In this document: positions 54,615-64,000 of the stretch, one piece after another | How positions within the stretch are numbered: the first letter of the stretch is position 1 | Layout: every line of letters begins with the position of its first letter | Source: Eledone cirrhosa | Lineage: Eukaryota | Assembly (NCBI GenBank): GCA_964016885.1 | Contig: OZ024747.1 | Location: 8,494,001 to 8,558,000, forward strand | Direction: 5' to 3' | Length of the DNA: 64,000 nucleotides | Position numbers and translations under genes: made by a program | Notes under the pieces: model-generated | Seen by the model: only the letters and a program-made list of their open reading frames with translations | The model's database searches: none | Told to the model about the DNA's origin: nothing

Positions 54615-57600
54615 TTATATACACTATTGAGGGACTTATATACACTATTGAGGGACTTATATACACTATAGAGGGACTTATATACACTATTGAGGGACTA
54701 TCATACACTATTGAGGGACTATTATACACTATTGAGGGACTATCATACACTATTGAGAGACTATCATACACTATTGAGAGACTATCATACACTATTGAGG
54801 GACTATCATACACTATTGAGGGACTATCATACACTATTGAGGGACTATCTTACACTATTGAGGGACTATCATACACTATTGAGGGACTATCTTACACTAT
54901 TGAGGGACTATCATACACTATTGAGGGACTATCATACACTATTGAGAGACTATCATACACTATTGAGGGACTATCATACACTATTGAGGGACTATCATAC
55001 ACTATTGAGGGACTATCATACACTATTGAGGGACTATCATACACTATTGAGAGACTATCATACACTATTGAGGGACTATCATACACTATTGAGGGACTAT
55101 TATACACTATTGAGGGACTATCATACACTATTAAGGGACTATCATACACTATTGAGGGACTATCATACACTATTGAGGGACTATCATACACTATTGAGAG
55201 ACTATCATACACTATTGAGGGACTATTATACACTATTGAGAGACTATCATATACTATTGACGGACTATCATACACTATTGAGAGACTATCATACACTATT
55301 GAGGGACTATCATACACTATTGAGAGACTATCATACACTATTGAGAGACTATCATACACTATTGAGAGACTATCATACACTATTGAGGGACTATCATACA
55401 CTATTGAGAGACTATCATACACTATTGAGAGACTATCATACACTATTGAGAGACTATCATACACTATTGAGGGACTATTATACACTATTGAGAGACTATC
55501 ATATACTATTGACGGACTATCATACACTATTGAGAGACTATCATACACTATTGAGGGACTATCATACACTATTGAGAGACTATCATACACTATTGAGAGA
55601 CTATCATACACTATTGAGGGACTATCATACACTATTGAGAGACTATCATACACTATTGACGGACTATCATACACTATTGAGGGACTATTATACACTATTG
55701 AGGGACTATCATACACTATTAAGGGACTATCATACACTATTGAGGGACTATCATACACTATTGAGGGACTATCATACACTATTGAGAGACTATCATACAC
55801 TATTGAGGGACTATTATACACTATTGAGAGACTATCATATACTATTGACGGACTATCATACACTATTGAGAGACTATCATACACTATTGAGGGACTATCA
55901 TACACTATTGAGAGACTATCATACACTATTGAGAGACTATCATACACTATTGAGAGACTATCATACACTATTGAGGGACTATCATACACTATTGAGAGAC
56001 TATCATACACTATTGAGAGACTATCATACACTATTGAGAGACTATCATACACTATTGAGGGACTATTATACACTATTGAGAGACTATCATATACTATTGA
56101 CGGACTATCATACACTATTGAGAGACTATCATACACTATTGAGGGACTATCATACACTATTGAGAGACTATCATACACTATTGAGAGACTATCATACACT
56201 ATTGAGGGACTATCATACACTATTGAGAGACTATCATACACTATTGACGGACTATCATACACTATTGACGGACTATCATACACTATTGAGGGACTATCAT
56301 ACACGATTGAGGGACTATTATACACTATTGAGAGACTATCATACACTATTGAGGGACTATTATACACTATTGAGAGACTATCATACACTATTGAGAGACT
56401 ATCATACACTATTGAGAGACTATCATACACTATTGAGGGACTATCATACACGATTGAGGGACTATTATACACTATTGAGAGACTATCATACACTATTGAG
56501 GGACTATTATACACTATTGAGAGACTATCATACACTATTGAGAGACTATCATACACTATTGAGAGACTATCATACACTATTGAGAGACTATCATACACTA
56601 TTGAGGGACTATTATACACTATTGAGGGACTATTATACACTATTGAGAGACTATCATATACTATTGAGGGACTATCATACACTATTGAGAGACTATCATA
56701 CACTATTGAGGGACTATCATACACTATTGAGAGACTATCATACACTATTGAGGGACTATTATACACTATTGAGAGACTATCATATACTATTGAGGGACTA
56801 TCATACACTATTGAGAGACTATCATACACTATTGAGGGACTATTATACACTATTGAGAGACTATCATATACTATTGACGGACTATCATACACTATTGAGA
56901 GACTATCATACACTATTGAGAGACTATCATATACTATTGACGGACTATCATACACTATTGAGAGACTATCATACACTATTGAGAGACTATCATACACTAT
57001 TGAGAGACTATCATACACTATTGAGGGACTATCATACACTATTGAGGGACTATCATACACTATTGAGGGACTATCATACACTATTGAGAGACTATCATAC
57101 ACTATTGAGGGACTATTATACACTATTGAGAGACTATCATATACTATTGACGGACTATCATACACTATTGAGAGACTATCATACACTATTGAGGGACTAT
57201 CATACACTATTGAGAGACTATCATACACTATTGAGAGACTATCATACACTATTGAGGGACTATCATACACTATTGAGAGACTATCATACACTATTGACGG
57301 ACTATCATACACTATTGAGGGACTATTATACACTATTGAGGGACTATCATACACTATTAAGGGACTATCATACACTATTGAGGGACTATCATACACTATT
57401 GAGGGACTATCATACACTATTGAGAGACTATCATACACTATTGAGGGACTATTATACACTATTGAGAGACTATCATATACTATTGACGGACTATCATACA
57501 CTATTGAGAGACTATCATACACTATTGAGGGACTATCATACACTATTGAGAGACTATCATACACTATTGAGAGACTATCATACACTATTGAGAGACTATC

Positions 57601-60600
57601 ATACACTATTGAGGGACTATCATACACTATTGAGAGACTATCATACACTATTGAGAGACTATCATACACTATTGAGAGACTATCATACACTATTGAGGGA
57701 CTATTATACACTATTGAGAGACTATCATATACTATTGACGGACTATCATACACTATTGAGAGACTATCATACACTATTGAGGGACTATCATACACTATTG
57801 AGAGACTATCATACACTATTGAGAGACTATCATACACTATTGAGGGACTATCATACACTATTGAGAGACTATCATACACTATTGACGGACTATCATACAC
57901 TATTGACGGACTATCATACACTATTGAGGGACTATCATACACGATTGAGGGACTATTATACACTATTGAGAGACTATCATACACTATTGAGGGACTATTA
58001 TACACTATTGAGAGACTATCATACACTATTGAGAGACTATCATACACTATTGAGAGACTATCATACACTATTGAGGGACTATCATACACGATTGAGGGAC
58101 TATTATACACTATTGAGAGACTATCATACACTATTGAGGGACTATTATACACTATTGAGAGACTATCATACACTATTGAGAGACTATCATACACTATTGA
58201 GAGACTATCATACACTATTGAGAGACTATCATACACTATTGAGGGACTATTATACACTATTGAGGGACTATTATACACTATTGAGAGACTATCATATACT
58301 ATTGAGGGACTATCATACACTATTGAGAGACTATCATACACTATTGAGGGACTATCATACACTATTGAGAGACTATCATACACTATTGAGGGACTATTAT
58401 ACACTATTGAGAGACTATCATATACTATTGAGGGACTATCATACACTATTGAGAGACTATCATACACTATTGAGGGACTATTATACACTATTGAGAGACT
58501 ATCATATACTATTGACGGACTATCATACACTATTGAGAGACTATCATACACTATTGAGAGACTATCATATACTATTGACGGACTATCATACACTATTGAG
58601 AGACTATCATACACTATTGAGAGACTATCATACACTATTGAGAGACTATCATACACTATTGAGGGACTATCATACACTATTGAGGGACTATCATACACTA
58701 TTGAGGGACTATCATACACTATTGAGAGACTATCATACACTATTGAGGGACTATCATACACTATTGAGAGACTATCATACTCTATTGAGAGACTATCATA
58801 CACTATTGAGAGACTATCATACACTATTGAGGGACTATCATACACTATTGAGGGACTATCATACACTATTGAGGGACTATCATACACTATTGAGAGACTA
58901 TCATACACTATTGAGGGACTATCATACACTATTGAGGAACTATCATACACTATTGAGAGACTATCATACACTATTGAGAGACTATCATACACTATTGAGA
59001 GACTATCATACACTATTGAGGGACTATCATACACTATTGAGGAACTATCATACACTATTGAGAGACTATCATACACTATTGAGAGACTATCATACACTAT
59101 TGAGGGACTATCATACACTATTGAGGAACTATCATACACTATTGAGAGACTATCATACACTATTGAGAGACTATCATACACTATTGAGGGACTATCATAC
59201 ACTATTGAGGGACTATCATACACTATTGAGGGACTATCATACACTATTGAGGGACTATCATACACTATTGGGGGACTATCATACACTATTGAGAGACTAT
59301 CATACACTATTGAGAGACTATCATACACTATTGAGGGACTATCATACACTATTGAGAGACTATCATACACTATTGAGGGACTATCATACACTATTGAGGG
59401 ACTATCATACACTATTGAGGGACTATCATACACTATTGAGGGACTATTATACACTATTGAGAGACTATCATATACTATTGAGGGACTATCATACACTATT
59501 GAGGGACTATTATACACTATTGAGGGACTATTATACACTATTGAGGGACTATCATACACTATTGAGGGGCTATCATACACTATTGAGAGACTATCATACA
59601 CTATTGACGGACTATCATACACTATTGAGGGACTATCATACACTATTGAGGGACTATCATACACTATTTAGGGACTATCATACACTATTGAGAGACTATC
59701 ATACACTATTGACGGACTATCATACACTATTGAGGGGCTATCATACACTATTGAGAGACTATCATACACTATTGAGAGACTATCATACACTATTGAGGGA
59801 CTATCATACACTATTGAGGGACTATTATACACTATTGAGGGACTATCATACACTATTGAGGGACTATCATACACTATTGAGGGACTATCATACACTATTG
59901 AGGGACTATCATACACTATTGAGGGACTATCATACACTATTGAGGGACTATCATACACTATTGAGAGACTATCATACACTATTGAGGGACTATCATACAC
60001 TATTGAGGGGCTATCATACACTATTGAGAGACTATCATACACTATTGAGAGACTATCATACACTATTGAGGGACTATCATACACTATTGAGGGACTATCA
60101 TACACTATTGAGGGACTATCATACATTATTGAGAGACTATCATACATTATTGAGAGACTATCATACACTATTGAGGGACTATCATACACTATTGAGGGAC
60201 TATCATACACTATTGAGAGACTATCATACACTATTGAGGGTCTATCATACACTATTGAGGGACTATCATAAACTATTGAGGAACTATCATACACTATTGA
60301 GAGACTATCATACACTATTGAGGGACTATCATACACTATTGAGAGACTATCATACACTATTGAGAGACTATCATACGCTATTGAGAGACTATCATACACT
60401 ATTGAGGGACTATCATACACTATTGAGAGACTATCATACACTATTGACGGACTATTATACACTATTGAGGGACTATCATACACTATTGAGAGACTATCAT
60501 ACACTATTGAGGGACTATTATACACTATTGAGGGACTATCATACACTATTGAGAGACTATCATACACTATTGAGGGACTATCATACACTATTGAGAGACT

Positions 60601-61076
60601 ATCATACTCTATTGAGGGACTATCATACACTATTGAGAGACTATCATACACTATTGAGAGACTATCATACACTATTGAGGGACTATCATACACTATTGAG
60701 GGACTATCATACACTATTGAGGGACTATCATACACTATTGAGGGACTATCATACACTATTGAGAGACTATCATACACTATTGAGAGACTATCATACACTA
60801 TTGAGGGACTATCATACACTATTGAGGGACTATCATACACTATTGAGAGACTATCATACACTATTGAGGGACTATCATACACTATTGAGAGACTATCATA
60901 CACTATTGAGGGACTATCATACACTATTGAGAGACTATCATACACTATTGAGAGACTATCATACACTATTGAGCGACTATCATACACTATTGAGGGACTA
61001 TCATACACTATTGAGGGACTATCATACACTATTGAGAGACTATCATACACTATTGAGAGACTATCATACACTATCA
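54615..61076. repeat. 21-bp satellite cactattgag(g/a)gactatcata, about 305 copies, with higher-order block duplications
   Basis: Exact 21-bp period; diagnostic variants recur at 588-bp and 1638-bp spacing. Confidence 0.98.
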
Positions 61077-61720
61077 TATAAAGTAGTATTGTGAAACAGA
61101 CATACTAATTCGTGTGTTGTTAGAGTTCATGTTGGTAGTTAAGATATATATTAAGTGATGTGTGAAGTATATGATAAATTATGTCTGTATATATACAGAA
61201 TAGAAGTAACCAAAGTTGTGTAAATGTGAACATAGTATATAGACATGTAAACATGCTAAATATACTCATTTACCTGTAAATTGAAAGAAGGATAAAAACG
61301 ATATTCTTGGGTAATTGAATGGGATGCTTTGTAACACTTGTTCTGTCTCTGTTTATTCTGAGTTAAAATTTCACCTCTTGTCACCTGATGGGTCTAACCT
61401 CACCCTCTATCATCATAACACTCAAGAAATCTCCTAAGAGATGTAGACTCATAGAAAGTCGGCAAAACGTATGTAATAACAACAAACAACATATACAGCA
61501 ACACCGTTGCTTCTGTACCAGTAATTAGTATGGGTTTAGTTATTGTTATGCATGAGAGTGTGTTTTGAGTATGATTCTGATGGGCATGATTAGTTTTTTT
61601 ACTTTGTGTTTTGTGAGGTATGTATATAGGAGGTTAAGGTAGGGTTAGGGGATTTGACAGTATTTGTTTAGTTTAGGGATAGTGTTAAATTAGTTTGGAG
61701 TAGCTTTTTTGCATGTATGA

Positions 61721-61778
<58 letters not shown>

Positions 61779-61921
61779 ATATACCCTGTCATAAATGCAA
61801 AACAGTAGAGGTATGGGATTTGGTTTTTTGTAGTGGCCAATCATATACAAATTTAATTACATATCACATATGTTTCACTGTCGATCAGCTCAAAGGACGA
61901 TCTAACAACACCTCTATATAT

Positions 61922-61954
<33 letters not shown>

Positions 61955-61996
61955 ATAAATAACAAAGAACGCCTATAGCATATGCATATCTTTACT

Positions 61997-62042
61997 TGCT
62001 AACATTGTTTCATCCGCACTATAAGTGGGACTCATCAGAGCA
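61997..62042 (-). ncRNA. Minimal type I hammerhead ribozyme motif
   Basis: Minus strand reads tgct CTGATGA gtcccact tat agtgcggat GAAA c aat g TT agca; lies between (TA)n tracts. Confidence 0.7.
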
Positions 62043-62644
62043 TAAAGGTTAATTACATATATATATATATATATAGTAATAATAATAATAAACATTGCTA
62101 GGGAACGTCTTCCTGTTTTCCTTTGGTTGCAACGTTTTTCGAAATATTTACTTCTACGTTCACAGATTGATTTCTTTTAGTTTCAGAAGATCCCATTAAG
62201 GGTGAAAGCAGCGATTCTTTGCTTAAACTTTAATCTGTTATTTTAATAAATATATATCACACATATATGTTTTAGGCTAACTTTGAAAACACAAAGAAGA
62301 AAACTTTCTGTTTCCAATGAAACCAATAATAAAATTTAAGGTTGTGTGTCTAAGGCAGTTCACCATCTTAAAGATTATAATCTACAATTAGATTATAATC
62401 TATAATACACTGATGTGTTCAAACTAATGTCCTTGTCTTCGTTGTTGTAGTCCTAATGTAGTCCTAAGGTTGTTGTAGTCCTAATGTTTCAGAAGGTTCC
62501 GGTCTCTTATATTCTTTAATGTTCTCAGAATTCAGAGAGAAACAATGTCTTAACATTGGATCAGGACTGTTTCTGTTATGTTTGGACTATAGATCCTGAA
62601 TTTCATTTATCTACTTCTTTGACCAATAAATAGGATTTTTTCAT

Positions 62645-63014
62645 AAATCCTTTAGCATTTAAACCGGCCATATCCGGACGGAATTCTCTCACCCTTTCTG
62701 TTCAAACTGGCCAAAACTGGTTGTTCATACTGATCTTAAGGTATTGTTCTCAAAAGAAATAATATCAAAATCTCGTAAATTCAATATTATGTGAGATAAT
62801 TATGTGAAATAACGTGTTTACTGTGAAAATACAATAGTATATATAGAGTAATGTAAATGTTATGTGAGATATTATGTGAGGTAAAGCCTTTACTGTGAAA
62901 ATACAATAGTATATATAGAGTAATGTAAATGTTATGTGAGATATTATGTGAGGTAAAGCCTTTACTGTGAAAATACAATAGTATATATAGAGTAATGTAA
63001 ATGTTAAAGGATTA
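62645..63014. mobile_element. MITE with TIRs (aatcctttagcattta / taaatgttaaaggatt), piggyBac-like ends and an internal 72-bp tandem duplication
   Basis: TIR pair visible, TTAA at the right end; related copy at about 24197-24400. Confidence 0.65.
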
Positions 63015-63519
63015 AACAAACTACAAATTCAAAGAGAATGAATGTTTTGTTTATTTTTCTTTTCACTATGACACTTCTTCTCATTGAGACTCCTCTGTAT
63101 GTTTCACCTTTAATTATTTTCAAGTGTCATTTCAGTTTTAGAGTGCAAAAGAATGTGATTGCAAATACAAGTGGCCAAAATGGGGTTCCTACTAAGGGTC
63201 TTCAGATTAACATTAGTCAATAGGGTTCAGAGTTTAGAGAACAGGGAATCATTGCAGGCAGAGCCGCTCCACGTAAAGCTGCTACTGAGAGATCAAGAGG
63301 GTTACATAACATATTCACATCCATAAGCTCAGTTGATCTCACTTGGAGACCAAACCAGATCATTTTGAAGATGGTTGATCCTGATAGGACTATCTGGATG
63401 GCATGTCTAACGACTCTGTCTCCATGACCCTCTCAGGAATAAGTGGGGAGGGTTTTAGAAGATTGGAAGTTACAATTTTGGGACTAATAATGAATATAAA
63501 GAAAATCTAAGTCATGTTC

Positions 63520-64000
63520 AACAACCATGCAACAAAGTCCTCAGTTAACTGTGACACTATAAGAACAACTGGTGAAACTATATATATCTTGGACACCTGA
63601 TAAACATAAAATACAACCATTTTGAGGAAACAAAAAGACAAATTCAGGCTGGATGATGACTATTTGGTAAATTAAAGGATATCATGGAAAGTAAAGTGCC
63701 ACTATGTCTGGAAAAGAGAGTGTTTCACCTGTGTAGCATTATAGAGTAAAGACATGGCTGATGACTAAGAACAGGGAACAGAAGCTTAGAATAACACAAA
63801 GCAGTATAGAAAAGTGTTGTATTAGGAATCAATAAAAAGGATAGAAAAACTTGTCATGGGAGAAGGGAGCAAACAAAAGTAGAAGACATCATAAAACATT
63901 AAGAAGGGAAAATGGACGTGGGAAAGGTGGTACAAACAAATGACAACAGATGAAGTAAACTATAGAATGGAGATGAAGAGGAACAGGTGGACATTGTCAA
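63520..64000 (+). mobile_element. Degenerate RTE-like LINE fragment running off the window
   Basis: FGKLKDIMESKVPLCLEKRVF...KLRITQSSIEK...KWTW remnants typical of the RTE region after the RT domain. Confidence 0.6.

Noticed and set aside
54690-61094. 2134-aa ORF as a protein-coding gene
   Set aside because: It is a translation of a 21-bp satellite with a non-ATG start and no unique domain or splice support; kept only as a low-probability finding.

Overview
This is eukaryotic, intron-rich and very repeat-dense animal DNA. The SINE families, RTE/RLE LINE remnants and extreme microsatellite load suggest a coleoid cephalopod (Octopus-like); that is my inference, not a database result. Almost every ORF in the six-frame track is a translation of simple or tandem repeats. 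The real coding signal is missed by the track: a minus-strand gene of small exons, all splice phase 0-0. Three are paralogous 147-156-nt exons encoding a conserved [RK]R[NH]T[ED]S..L...S.SQFYFVLEPQNEW module under clear purifying selection. There is also a 39-nt exon and two look-alike 15-nt Tyr-ending microexons. The introns carry several minimal type I hammerhead-ribozyme motifs in short elements next to (TA)n, a Penelope-like GIY-YIG remnant, RTE/CRE/R4-type LINE remnants, tRNA-derived SINEs (one family sharing its 3' tail with an RTE LINE), a deleted Tc1/mariner element, MITEs, and large satellites with 5-, 15-, 20-, 21-, 38- and 40-bp units. All coordinates were read by eye; repeat boundaries are approximate.
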